A DNA stretch of 64,000 bases, taken from IMG/VR virus record IMGVR_UViG_3300033153_014157; one strand, written 5' to 3'. The notes beneath the pieces are model-generated. The model saw only the letters and a program-made list of their open reading frames with translations, searched no databases and was not told the origin of the DNA. Positions 19,141 to 28,977 of this stretch are shown in pieces. How positions within the stretch are numbered: position 1 is the stretch's first letter; every line of letters begins with the position of its first letter. This DNA comes from an uncultured virus (IMG/VR IMGVR_UViG_3300033153_014157). Taxonomy: Duplodnaviria > Heunggongvirae > Uroviricota > Caudoviricetes. The position numbers and the translations under genes were made by a program.

Positions 19141-22100
19141 TCACGTTCGCGTTTCACGACACTTAATTTTTCCGCAGGACATGCACGTTATCTCGTCGCA
19201 CAGCTCCGACGTGACCAGCATCTTGCCGCCGCATGAACAACGAAGATTTTTAGAGTTTATCAAGCGCACGCGGCTTATTGTTTCCGTTAATTTCTTTTGA
19301 GTCATCTTTTTGCTACCCTTCGCCGAAATGCGCCTTTTTGCCCGTCTAGTTCTTACATTAGCCTTATCTAGTATTTTCAAGCGCGAATCACTAATTATTT
19401 CGTCCATCAATAGCGTTTCTAACATGTCCAATGAGTCTGAAAACTGTGGAAACTTGTGATACACGTCTTTTTTATTGATCACTGATGCTATTAACGCGAC
19501 AATCTCGTTATGTGACATCTCGTGCGCGATCACGTTATGAAGCAATAATTTCAATTTAAATTGATTTCCAGCCCTTACCGCGCCGACCATTTTCTCGTAA
19601 TACTTGCAATTCTTATTTATTCCGATCATTTTTCTTTTCATATTGTAGAACGCGACCGTATTTTTCGCAGTAGTCACTATTAATATTTTAAATCGGAACG
19701 ACTTCTTCACGAAATCCCGCAAGTTTTTAGCGGTTATTTTAATGCCAAACACCTGTTGCGGTAATTTTACTTTCGTCAGTGCTATTACCACAGCCCTCTC
19801 ATTTGGAACGCTTATTAAATTCTTTAATAATGTCGTCAGTTTATTACACATCGTTCTAGCCATGCGTCGTATGAGTTTGTCTTCTGCCGTTTCCGTTTCT
19901 TTTTTCTCTTCTTCAAACTTTACGAGTTGTTTCACGTCTAAAGGTAAAAACCCCTTGATTTTAATGTCGGCGCGGAAGCCATAATATTCTTTTGCTTCCC
20001 GTATCATCACGATGTCTAGGTGCTTCTTCTCGACATCGTCCTTTAGCTTGCTACGTGATAATATTAGTAATAACAAGTTTCGATTGTCTGATGAGAGCGG
20101 CGTTATTGACGCCATGTTTAATTTTTTAAATTCGCCAGTTTTTTCCAGAGTTTCAATCGTGTGCCTGTCGGAAGATGATGGGTCATCCATTATGAACACG
20201 CGCCACTTGTTTTTCGTGTGTTTTATAAACACGTCATTAAGCGACACCCTATTTCCGGCACCACTCGTGACGAATATCTTCAGTTTCGTGACCTTGTCCA
20301 AGATGTCATCGTGATCAGAAACGTCACGATGTTCGTGTAACGCCTCTAATCTGTTGAATAACAGGGCTGAAAGACCATCAATGTCTTCAATGGGTCTACC
20401 ATTTAACTCGTCATTCATCTCATCTACCTTCACGGCGCGCAACAGTTTTTTTATTTCTTCGACAATTATTGATTTCATGAATTCGACCAATGCATCTTTT
20501 CTCGAATCGTTTAATATCCCGTTCCGCCCCATGTTTACAGTAATCCAATTCGCATTCACTATCATTTTGATGCAAGAATCAACGTAATAAGATTTTACAC
20601 GTATCGTATTTGTCCACGTCATTCCCAAGTCGCGTTCTTTGGTACTCAATTGATTAAATTCGTCTTCGACAACGCCGCTTGACGTGTAATATGGCGTGAA
20701 GTGAATCGGGACTATCGGGATGCCGTTTTGTAGTAGCAATACTTCTGTTTCGCGCCTTTCAAATTTTTCACCTAAAGTGGTATTATCACACGCAATCGCC
20801 TGAACGGTTAATTCCGTTTCAATCTCTTTTATTTCATAATGAACGCCTCCGACAAGATTCCCTATCTTTTCTAACCGCTCGTATTCTTTCACGCCGATTC
20901 CTTTTTTTCTAACACGTACTGGCATTCTTACCTTTTTTGTCATGTTTATTTTATGACCATTCGCATTCACTTCATCATAAATGGAGTTCGTAGTGGCGTC
21001 TACCCCTAACGTATCGTCATCTAAAAATATCCTTATGTCACGTTTTATTCCCATTATTTTCTCGAAACCGGTATAAAAGCGTATTTTTCTGATCACTTCA
21101 TCTGTATCAACTAGGTATCTCCGTGCTTCATCCGTCATGTCAACTCCGTGCACGACCGTGCCGTGCGCCGTTATCGTATTTTTTACTTCTAGTTTATCCA
21201 TGAAAATCGTGAACAGTCGTTCGATCACGTGTTTCACTTCGTCACTCAGTGCCGTGAATGGTATGACCACGTCGTCTATTTTTGAAAATTCGAATGTTTT
21301 AGTGCTGGCGTCGATCACTTTTTTTTGGTATATTTGACAGCTAGATTTTCTTAATTGGTCTATCGTCCCCACTTCTTTTGGAAATGCATACGCATAAAAG
21401 GCACCCTTTTCCGTGGTGTCTGGATTATACCTTGTCAATGTCGTGTTAGTGTTAAATGTAAATGCCCAATCCTTGTTTTTCATCTTTGACAACACGGCGA
21501 CCTTCTTCCACACTGAAAGGAATGCCTGAAAACCTATTCCAAAATATCCCGCAGTTTCAATGTTCACGCGGCTTTCTTCTAATTCAACCGTGTAATATAG
21601 CCCCTTGCGCTTTATTGACTGTGTTATCGTCCATAGGTACTCCCCCATGTCGCCATTGAATTCAAATGGAGGTGTCCTGTTCGGCTCGTGCGTGATGTAC
21701 AAGTCCATTCCAACGCCATCATCTACGAGCGTGCACTCATCGAGCGCGCCGTCATTATTAGTGAATAGCAAGAAGTATATTCTTCTGGCGCCATGCCTTA
21801 GCTCAGGGTCGGAAATATCCCTCGCGCCGAGCGAGTTCTGAAAAATCTCGCGAAATGCAGGGTAGAATTTCATGTTATATATCCTACTTCTGACCATCTT
21901 TAACAGGTTGTCAACCGTTTCAAGCTCGTAATTTGGGTTTATTGTCGAGCTTGAAGCGGGTATTATCATCGTATTATCGTCATCAATCGTAAACACCTTC
22001 TTGTAGTCGCTTATCACCCACGAGTCATTCTTGCTTTTCTTGCACTTCACGAGATAATTCGACAATGGCGTTCGAATGATCAACTTGCAATCGTTCAGGT

Positions 22101-22194
22101 CGTCAAAAAATCTTAGCTTACGATCTGATGCCACCATTCTATTTAATATCTTGTTTAACGTCTTCAATTCAGTATTCTTTACCATGTAACTCAC
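19141..22194 (-). CDS. GHKL (HATPase_c) ATPase with C-terminal HExxH motif and Zn ribbon
   Basis: REIFQNS, DDGVGM, GYFGIGF, HGT Bergerat boxes; AHEMSH; CSCGG...CMSCG. Confidence 0.8.
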   Translation of the reverse strand: MSYMVKNTELKTLNKILNRMVASDRKLRFFDDLNDCKLIIRTPLSNYLVKCKKSKNDSWVISDYKKVFTIDDDNTMIIPASSSTINPNYELETVDNLLKMVRSRIYNMKFYPAFREIFQNSLGARDISDPELRHGARRIYFLLFTNNDGALDECTLVDDGVGMDLYITHEPNRTPPFEFNGDMGEYLWTITQSIKRKGLYYTVELEESRVNIETAGYFGIGFQAFLSVWKKVAVLSKMKNKDWAFTFNTNTTLTRYNPDTTEKGAFYAYAFPKEVGTIDQLRKSSCQIYQKKVIDASTKTFEFSKIDDVVIPFTALSDEVKHVIERLFTIFMDKLEVKNTITAHGTVVHGVDMTDEARRYLVDTDEVIRKIRFYTGFEKIMGIKRDIRIFLDDDTLGVDATTNSIYDEVNANGHKINMTKKVRMPVRVRKKGIGVKEYERLEKIGNLVGGVHYEIKEIETELTVQAIACDNTTLGEKFERRETEVLLLQNGIPIVPIHFTPYYTSSGVVEDEFNQLSTKERDLGMTWTNTIRVKSYYVDSCIKMIVNANWITVNMGRNGILNDSRKDALVEFMKSIIVEEIKKLLRAVKVDEMNDELNGRPIEDIDGLSALLFNRLEALHEHRDVSDHDDILDKVTKLKIFVTSGAGNRVSLNDVFIKHTKNKWRVFIMDDPSSSDRHTIETLEKTGEFKKLNMASITPLSSDNRNLLLLILSRSKLKDDVEKKHLDIVMIREAKEYYGFRADIKIKGFLPLDVKQLVKFEEEKKETETAEDKLIRRMARTMCNKLTTLLKNLISVPNERAVVIALTKVKLPQQVFGIKITAKNLRDFVKKSFRFKILIVTTAKNTVAFYNMKRKMIGINKNCKYYEKMVGAVRAGNQFKLKLLLHNVIAHEMSHNEIVALIASVINKKDVYHKFPQFSDSLDMLETLLMDEIISDSRLKILDKANVRTRRAKRRISAKGSKKMTQKKLTETISRVRLINSKNLRCSCGGKMLVTSELCDEITCMSCGKIKCRETRT

Positions 22195-23324
22195 GATACC
22201 TGTTCATTTTCGAAATTGCGCCTTGCGTTCTCATACTTGACCATGAATTCTTCATCCCATATTTTCTTTACTTTTCGTAATAACTCATATTTATTACCAC
22301 TCCACCCAAACCCGCACACCGAATCATGCCCTTCGCCGCCCATTTTTCGACATATATCCCTGAACGAGATCTTTTTATTTTTTATCAGGGATTTTACAGT
22401 CTTGTTACATATACTATTACCGCTAACCCTGCATTTGTACATTCCGCTCATTTGTGAGTGCGACACGTTTAACACGCCTATTAACTCAGCTCGCTCTAAC
22501 GAATCAAATTCTCCAGCCTTTTTTCTAAGGTTAAATATTGGACCGTAATCCTTATAGAACAAGTTGGCGCGCCTGCCAAACAATTCACTGGCATCTATTA
22601 TTAACAATCCGTTATAAAACTCTGCTGCCCACACGAGTTCCCTTCCAAACTCCCTGCGCCTGCGTATTTCGTTTATCATCAACTTAACTCTTTCGTTTTC
22701 CATGACGTCAACCATTTTATTGTTTGCGACCAAGTCTATGTACCAACGCATGTTAATCACTGTCTTCTCGTAATAGAACACGCCAGATATTTTTTCAAAC
22801 GCCGTCAGTGAATCCAGATCGTCTAACTCACACGTGAAGCCGCGCCCAGAGTCATGTTTAGTGACATTTAATACTGTTTCTTCACTCAATCTTGGAAATA
22901 ACAGGTTGATTATTTGCGTCGCGCTACCAGCCTCGCTGTCATAAAACACGAATTTTGGCATGACCTTTTCCGAAGTAAATTCTTTCGAATTTCCTATGTG
23001 ATGGTCACACCAAAGAATGACATCATTTGTCCGCCTCGCACTCGGAAGCGGAAGATCTAACACGACTAACTTGCCTTCTGGAAGTGTTTCCATGTATTCA
23101 TCACGTTCATTTTGAACGTATGATATCATCATGTCGTCATTAATGATTTGCGGCTGTGAAAAGAACACTCGTGATGCTGGAATGTTAAACTCTCGCATCA
23201 ACGTTATGGCTGAAAACGCGCCGTCCATGTCATCGTGCGTGATGATTGATATTTCTGCAGAATTTATTTTATCACGCAATTCATTAATGTCATCAATGTT
23301 AAAATAAAAATTCACGTTGCCCAT
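22191..23324 (-). CDS. DHH-family phosphoesterase
   Basis: THDDMDG, VLDLP, CDHH, GGEGH...CG motifs. Confidence 0.85.
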   Translation of the reverse strand: MGNVNFYFNIDDINELRDKINSAEISIITHDDMDGAFSAITLMREFNIPASRVFFSQPQIINDDMMISYVQNERDEYMETLPEGKLVVLDLPLPSARRTNDVILWCDHHIGNSKEFTSEKVMPKFVFYDSEAGSATQIINLLFPRLSEETVLNVTKHDSGRGFTCELDDLDSLTAFEKISGVFYYEKTVINMRWYIDLVANNKMVDVMENERVKLMINEIRRRREFGRELVWAAEFYNGLLIIDASELFGRRANLFYKDYGPIFNLRKKAGEFDSLERAELIGVLNVSHSQMSGMYKCRVSGNSICNKTVKSLIKNKKISFRDICRKMGGEGHDSVCGFGWSGNKYELLRKVKKIWDEEFMVKYENARRNFENEQVS

Positions 23325-23400
23325 TTTTATTACCGCGCCTGATGATCGTGATTAATTTTTAGTGTTAATGTTATTAATGGTTATCGTCAATTATTTATTC

Positions 23401-24357
23401 ATGGCAATTGAAGAACGCGTTGCAAGGGAAGCAATATTGCTTACAGCTTTAGACGTCAAGGTGATCCCGTTAGACGAAACGTTGCGAAATTGGGTAGGCG
23501 TGATAGAGTCAGAGTCTGGGCAAGTACCGTACAAAATCGCTTTTCAACTAATTTTAACTAATGGTTTTCCAGATGAGCCACCACGACTCATTTTCCTTAA
23601 CAAGTTCAAGCACTCGTGCATAAAGAATGGCACGTTAGACCTGAACGTGTTGAATTTTTGGCGTTCCAAGTTTCACGCTTCACAATTAATAAATGCGCTA
23701 CGAGGGATTTTTTACAGCGAGCCACCCGTAATGTTGTCTAGCAACAACGATGACCTTGGTGACGGCTCTTCCACGCGCGTTAGTGAAATAATATCGACCA
23801 TAGAAGACATCACGAGTTTGGAGAATAAAGTCAAATCATTCAGGCAAAAACTGATGGAAACCGCGCTAGAAGTGGTTCCGAAATCACCTTTACCAGATAG
23901 GGACGACCCTGATTATCTATCAAAGATGCCAGGGTTTATAGTTGAACATCTATCACGGATTGAAAAAACGCACGGAAACATGATCACGCTACGTGATTTT
24001 TTCTCGTCTTTTCGCGAGTTTTATAACGATAACGAAACCACGCTAAAGACAATGACATTCATCCTTTCAAAATTAGAACGTGAAAAAATAATATCAGGGA
24101 TTGAAACCATGGCTGGACGGGTAAAGATCATTACATTAAAACCAACAGCAATGTCTAATGACGTCAATCTCGTGTTGAAAATTGCAAGCGAGAATGAACA
24201 AAACATGGTAACTGAATTTACATTAATGTCCCAATTGAAGTGGGACTTGGCGCGATGCAAGTCCGTGTTAAAGATGACAGAAAAATTGGGGGTAAGCGTA
24301 TATTTCGAAGATCGAGCTTCTGGTGGTAGATGGTACTTCCCTTCAGTTAAAAAATAA
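23401..24357 (+). CDS. UEV/E2-like domain fused to ESCRT-II Vps22/36 (EAP30)-like tandem winged helix
   Basis: FPDEPPRLIF..HSCI..GTLDLNVL..W (UBC fold, catalytic Cys position = Asp); C-terminus G.MITL...P.AMSND..LVL......VT...L...LKW...R...VL....K.G......RWYFP matches the Vps22 pattern. Confidence 0.75.
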   Translation: MAIEERVAREAILLTALDVKVIPLDETLRNWVGVIESESGQVPYKIAFQLILTNGFPDEPPRLIFLNKFKHSCIKNGTLDLNVLNFWRSKFHASQLINALRGIFYSEPPVMLSSNNDDLGDGSSTRVSEIISTIEDITSLENKVKSFRQKLMETALEVVPKSPLPDRDDPDYLSKMPGFIVEHLSRIEKTHGNMITLRDFFSSFREFYNDNETTLKTMTFILSKLEREKIISGIETMAGRVKIITLKPTAMSNDVNLVLKIASENEQNMVTEFTLMSQLKWDLARCKSVLKMTEKLGVSVYFEDRASGGRWYFPSVKK

Positions 24358-24369
24358 AAAAAGTCAGAG

Positions 24370-26430
24370 TCATTCCAATGATGCGTATAGGTTCGTTCTC
24401 GGCTTATATATCAGGCTGTTAATGACGGCTGTTTCCAATAATCTCTCAACTTCTATTTTATCATTCATGTTTAGCGTCTTTTCAGCTTGTTCTATTATTT
24501 CTTCTAGCGTGATTCCAGTACAACCCTTTTGATTTTCCAAAGTCTTTATCAAGTCTATCAGGTCGTGAATTTTATTCATCTTTGATTTCGGGCGACCGAG
24601 CTCTACTATATCTATGTCAATTTCGCCCGTTTCCTTGTCCACGCCGACTTGCATCAGGCTTTCGCGAAGTATTTCTATGACCTCTAATGCGTCTTTTTTC
24701 GTGATCGTGTCACGTAATTCAACTCTTGCACGTGCTTCCGCAAGCCTTATTATGCCTTCCAAGAACCTATACGTTATCGTCACTGGCGTGTCATTACCAT
24801 CTAACAACGCGGACTTGTTTCGCATGTCGAGGTAAAACTTCTTTATCGTATCACTTGCTTCCTTGCTTAGTTTTGGTCTGTAATGCAACTTTGCATAATG
24901 AATGTACTTCATCATATATTCAGGAGATATGCTAAGTCCTGTTTCCTCTTCGTGTTGTTTTAGTACGTGCATGGTTTTTTCTTCGTCATCTTTTTGGTTT
25001 GGGATGTCACGTAATATGAATATCAAGTCAAACCGCGATAACAATGTCGGCGTTATTTTCTTCAGGTTTTCAGTGATCGAACGCATCGTGTCATACCTCC
25101 CGTATGTAGGGTTTGCGCTTGCTATAATAGTGGTTCTTGCATTTAACGTGGCATTTATACCCGCTTTATGAACGCTTATTGATTGTTGTTCCATTGCTTC
25201 ATGAATTGCAGATGCATCAACGTCCCTCATCTGCGTCAATTCGTCGATACAGACCAACCCAAGATCGCCTATCACCAATGCGCCTGCCTCTAACATTGGT
25301 TCTCCAGTCGTCTTGTCATAAACTACGGTTGCCGTCAAACCAGCCGCGGTATTACCCTTTCCAGTGGTATATACACCTCTAGGTGATATGCTTGATATGA
25401 ACTTCAGCATCTGTGACTTACCTGTCCCAGGGTCACCTATTAGCAGGACGTGTATGTTACCGCGCAACGTGTTGCCGACCTTCTCTTTCGTCACGCCGCC
25501 AAATAACGACAGCAATAACGCCTTTTTTATCGTGTCATGCCCGTGTATGTTAGGCGCGATATTATTGATCAATAGCCTGAATGCGTCTTTTTGTTTAGAA
25601 AAGGTTATTATTTCTTCTTCTTCCTCTATTGTTAGCTCTAATTCTTCTATATCCTGTTCAAATTTCTCGACGCCGCGCACGTCCATGTAGTTAGTGAATG
25701 TCACGAGTTTTCCGCTATGACCGCGATCCTGAACATTCCGCATCACGCCAGTTATGACCACGTGGTCGCCTGGCTTGACTCGGTCTACCAAGTCAAATTT
25801 CAAGATGGCATCCACGTATCTTGGTATCTGCCTTGCAGGCACTTCTGATGGCATCTCTTGAATGCGTATTTTTTGCCAGTCACGATACTTTGATTGCTCT
25901 TTAAGAAACTTGAACGATTTCTTATTATTACATTCTTCTAATGGGCACTCGCTCGGTTTTACCTGATGAAAATCATCCTGCAACATGACGATCTGATTCC
26001 CGCACCGACCGCACTCATAAACACCGACATACAATCCCGACTTTACCATTGTTGCCCTTGTCACGATGCCCTCTATGGCTATTAGTTGCCCTAGATTTTT
26101 AGCCCGTATGTGCCTAAGCCGCACGATTTCATCTAGCCCTACCACGCGCACGAAAAAATCGTCAAATTTTTTCGCATATTCTTCATCTAGTTCTTCAACC
26201 GTGACCTTTAGACCATCATCCATTGCAGAAAACATGTCATCGGGATACGTTATCATCATCTTTGCCATTTCAGGATCATATTTTTTTACGTCATAGAACT
26301 TGATCGTCATGCTGTATTCATTCCGCTCCATCATTTCCTGAATCTTTTCGAAATACAGCCTTATGTTATTATCGTCCTTAAATGACTTCATGAACTTACA
26401 AGCACTCTCAATTGCATCTTGCATCATCAC
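24370..26430 (-). CDS. mcm: Archaeal MCM replicative helicase
   Basis: Zn finger CGRC/CPLEEC, GDPGTGKS, AAGLTA, IDE, HEAMEQQSISVHKAG, SRFDL, C-terminal winged helix; no intein. Confidence 0.97.
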   Translation of the reverse strand: MMMQDAIESACKFMKSFKDDNNIRLYFEKIQEMMERNEYSMTIKFYDVKKYDPEMAKMMITYPDDMFSAMDDGLKVTVEELDEEYAKKFDDFFVRVVGLDEIVRLRHIRAKNLGQLIAIEGIVTRATMVKSGLYVGVYECGRCGNQIVMLQDDFHQVKPSECPLEECNNKKSFKFLKEQSKYRDWQKIRIQEMPSEVPARQIPRYVDAILKFDLVDRVKPGDHVVITGVMRNVQDRGHSGKLVTFTNYMDVRGVEKFEQDIEELELTIEEEEEIITFSKQKDAFRLLINNIAPNIHGHDTIKKALLLSLFGGVTKEKVGNTLRGNIHVLLIGDPGTGKSQMLKFISSISPRGVYTTGKGNTAAGLTATVVYDKTTGEPMLEAGALVIGDLGLVCIDELTQMRDVDASAIHEAMEQQSISVHKAGINATLNARTTIIASANPTYGRYDTMRSITENLKKITPTLLSRFDLIFILRDIPNQKDDEEKTMHVLKQHEEETGLSISPEYMMKYIHYAKLHYRPKLSKEASDTIKKFYLDMRNKSALLDGNDTPVTITYRFLEGIIRLAEARARVELRDTITKKDALEVIEILRESLMQVGVDKETGEIDIDIVELGRPKSKMNKIHDLIDLIKTLENQKGCTGITLEEIIEQAEKTLNMNDKIEVERLLETAVINSLIYKPRTNLYASLE
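25631..25641 (-). repeat. Dispersed motif TTAGAGCTAAC (copy 5)
   Basis: gttagctctaa; encodes LELT in MCM. Confidence 0.9.
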
Positions 26431-26510
26431 ACCTCAACACGAAAATCATTTATTAAAAAAGATAAATAAACAATGTCATTTAGTAGGAATCATAATCACG
26501 AGATGATCTA

Positions 26511-26969
26511 ATGTCCACGCAAAAAATTGATGAAATTGATGATAATGCAAGGTCATTCATAATTCAGTTACTGTTAGAAATATTGTCTGACGGAGAAGTG
26601 TTCACGAAAGCAATTCAATATGCCGACAGCGAAATCTCTATTACCATGAACAATCTACTAACGATAAATGCGCGATCATCATCCATGATGGACAAGGATT
26701 TCCTAACGCTCGAATTTACAATTCGCCATAAAACAAGCGAAGGCGATAAAAAAAGTGGCATGATGATGCCAATCATGACATTGACATTTCCAATCACTGA
26801 TGTGATGAAGCTGCATATCAGAACATTCGAAAAAAACCGTTTTAACGGACAAATATACCTTACTGACGACAGGATCATATCTTTTCTGGTAAACCGTTAT
26901 GATAAATACGAGAAATTAATCGAAAAGGCACTAGATGAGTTTCCAAACGTCATCATGAAAAACGCTTGA
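26511..26969 (+). CDS. Hypothetical protein
   Basis: 152 aa ORF. Confidence 0.6.
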   Translation: MSTQKIDEIDDNARSFIIQLLLEILSDGEVFTKAIQYADSEISITMNNLLTINARSSSMMDKDFLTLEFTIRHKTSEGDKKSGMMMPIMTLTFPITDVMKLHIRTFEKNRFNGQIYLTDDRIISFLVNRYDKYEKLIEKALDEFPNVIMKNA

Positions 26970-26987
26970 TATATAATAACACAAGCT

Positions 26988-27740
26988 CTATTTTTTTTCT
27001 AACATGGCAGTGATTGCTTCCGAGATATACAATTCAACTTCACGCAAATCTAACGTGTCATCGGCAGCCCTCAATTTTCCTTCTGCGTCAATTGAAAACG
27101 CATTCGTCCCTAGATTTGATTTCAAAAAGTTTATTCTTTGTCTAACATTGTTACTTGCAAACCCGCCAGCAAATCCGACACTAATGTCCAATCGTCTTAA
27201 TTGCGAATATATAAGTACTGTTTTTTCTAAATCAATGTCTAACGCCCTACCTAGCGAAGAATCAATCAAAACGTGGTCTAATAATTGCCTATTTTTTCGC
27301 AATAACTCATATTTATTCGAAGAGTAATCGCGAAGTTGGTAAATTATTTTTAAACGTGGAAAATGTTCCTTTACCTTTTTTATTTCATTTATCAGTGGAT
27401 TATTCACGTTTAGCTGTATCCCGTCCACCTTATCGTGAATTTTGCAATACTCCAAAAGTCCAATTATTTCGCCTGCAAAATTAATGTTTCGCGTATTGTA
27501 ATGGAGTGTCACGAAACATTGACCCTTGATCTGACCTAGAATGTCAGGAATCAAATCCAAAGCTGGATATCTTACACTCGTTAGATTTCCAATGATCGTT
27601 TTGCGTGACACTAACACGCCTATCATGAGCTCGTGATTGGGAAGCATTTCGATTTCTGATTCACGAAACATTCTTGTTAATTTCCGCGCATCCGAGATGG
27701 TTGCACATCCTGTTACTCCTATATAATTTTTTGTCCTCAT
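26988..27740 (-). CDS. PRAI (TrpF)-like TIM-barrel protein
   Basis: YIGVTG, IQLN, LIDSSLG, GFAGGF..NV, SIDAEGKLR. Confidence 0.6.
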   Translation of the reverse strand: MRTKNYIGVTGCATISDARKLTRMFRESEIEMLPNHELMIGVLVSRKTIIGNLTSVRYPALDLIPDILGQIKGQCFVTLHYNTRNINFAGEIIGLLEYCKIHDKVDGIQLNVNNPLINEIKKVKEHFPRLKIIYQLRDYSSNKYELLRKNRQLLDHVLIDSSLGRALDIDLEKTVLIYSQLRRLDISVGFAGGFASNNVRQRINFLKSNLGTNAFSIDAEGKLRAADDTLDLREVELYISEAITAMLEKK

Positions 27741-27775
27741 CTTAATTCACTCCATAATTAACGCGCTTTTACCAA

Positions 27776-28471
27776 TTAAAACAATATACTATCTTCAATT
27801 ATTATTTCATTGATTTTTAATGCGAAATCACTATTCTGTTCTAAAAATTTAATCATCAGGTTGTAAAATAAGTAAATTCCATGATTTTGTGGAATTAGTG
27901 ATTTTATCTTCATCACGTATCCCTTGTTTGATAGAAGATATTTTAAAAACGGATCATCACTCGTGACGGGAAATTTTGACGAGCATCGCAATACTAATGA
28001 TTCTTTTCTTAAAATAATGTCAATTTTCGTGAACCCGAACTCAAAAATTCCTATCAATATCCCGTCATCCCGCTTTAATTTAACGCATTTATAATTTCCT
28101 AATTGCGTCAGGCTGTCATTTAAAAACTCATTTAATCCGTTCAGATCTAGGCGTGAACCCGAATGCGCGCATTCTTTTCTGAATATTGTTGCTATCAATA
28201 TCATTGAACTGTTTTGTAAGGCATCTTTTTCGAAATGAGTCATGTTTTCGGTCTTTGTAATATATTCTCCGAACGTGTTATCAAATTTAATGCGTCCACT
28301 TTTACTCAGTCTTTCTAGGATGCGAGAGATCCTGTTTTTTAATGACAATAAATCTTCAAATTTGTAATTGTTTTCAATAAGATATTTTAAAATTTGTATT
28401 TCGTTCCCCTTATGATTGTTTTCTAAGAAATTCGTGATCAAACACTCTAATTTATTCATCAATTGTTTCAT
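27776..28471 (-). CDS. Hypothetical protein, possible N-terminal HTH
   Basis: 231 aa ORF. Confidence 0.5.
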   Translation of the reverse strand: MKQLMNKLECLITNFLENNHKGNEIQILKYLIENNYKFEDLLSLKNRISRILERLSKSGRIKFDNTFGEYITKTENMTHFEKDALQNSSMILIATIFRKECAHSGSRLDLNGLNEFLNDSLTQLGNYKCVKLKRDDGILIGIFEFGFTKIDIILRKESLVLRCSSKFPVTSDDPFLKYLLSNKGYVMKIKSLIPQNHGIYLFYNLMIKFLEQNSDFALKINEIIIEDSILF

Positions 28472-28530
28472 CCTCTACCATTTTCTAAATTTTATATAAA
28501 AAGAGTCAAAAAAAATGATGTTTGGCGTGA

Positions 28531-28977
28531 TTAATTAGGAATGTTTTCTCGTATCTCGTGCCACGCATCATCAATGGCACGGTTAAACTCCTTTTCCGTA
28601 TAATTTTCGGATATTTTTAACACGAAATCCACGAATCTTGCACCACCCAGCTTTGACGTGCCAACGCGTTCTTGACCATCTCTCATTACAACGACTTGTA
28701 TTGATTGCACGACCACGTTGTATATTAATCTATATTGTAATATCAACGGTTTTAATGATATTGTCATCTGCTCATCGGCATTTTCGGTATTAATGACAAT
28801 TCTTATGCCCTCATCGGTATCATACATGTCAAGTAATAATTCGTTTAACTTTATGTCACGTTCCATGTTGTACATTAACCTGTTTATTATCAGTCGCCTT
28901 AAATACAAGACGTTCTCTTTAAATTGTATTGCCCTCGTCACGTAATTTGATAGAAAACCCACTTTATCACTTACCAC
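28531..28977 (-). CDS. Hypothetical protein
   Basis: 148 aa ORF coupled to upstream gene. Confidence 0.6.
   Translation of the reverse strand: MVSDKVGFLSNYVTRAIQFKENVLYLRRLIINRLMYNMERDIKLNELLLDMYDTDEGIRIVINTENADEQMTISLKPLILQYRLIYNVVVQSIQVVVMRDGQERVGTSKLGGARFVDFVLKISENYTEKEFNRAIDDAWHEIRENIPN

Noticed and set aside
23401..23730. Active ubiquitin-conjugating E2
   Set aside because: The canonical catalytic Cys position is Asp and HPN reads HSC; treated as UEV-like, although the nearby Cys was not tested.
24370..26430. Intein in MCM (also checked RadA and Hel308)
   Set aside because: Lengths are near normal and motifs are contiguous; no C...HN splice signatures.
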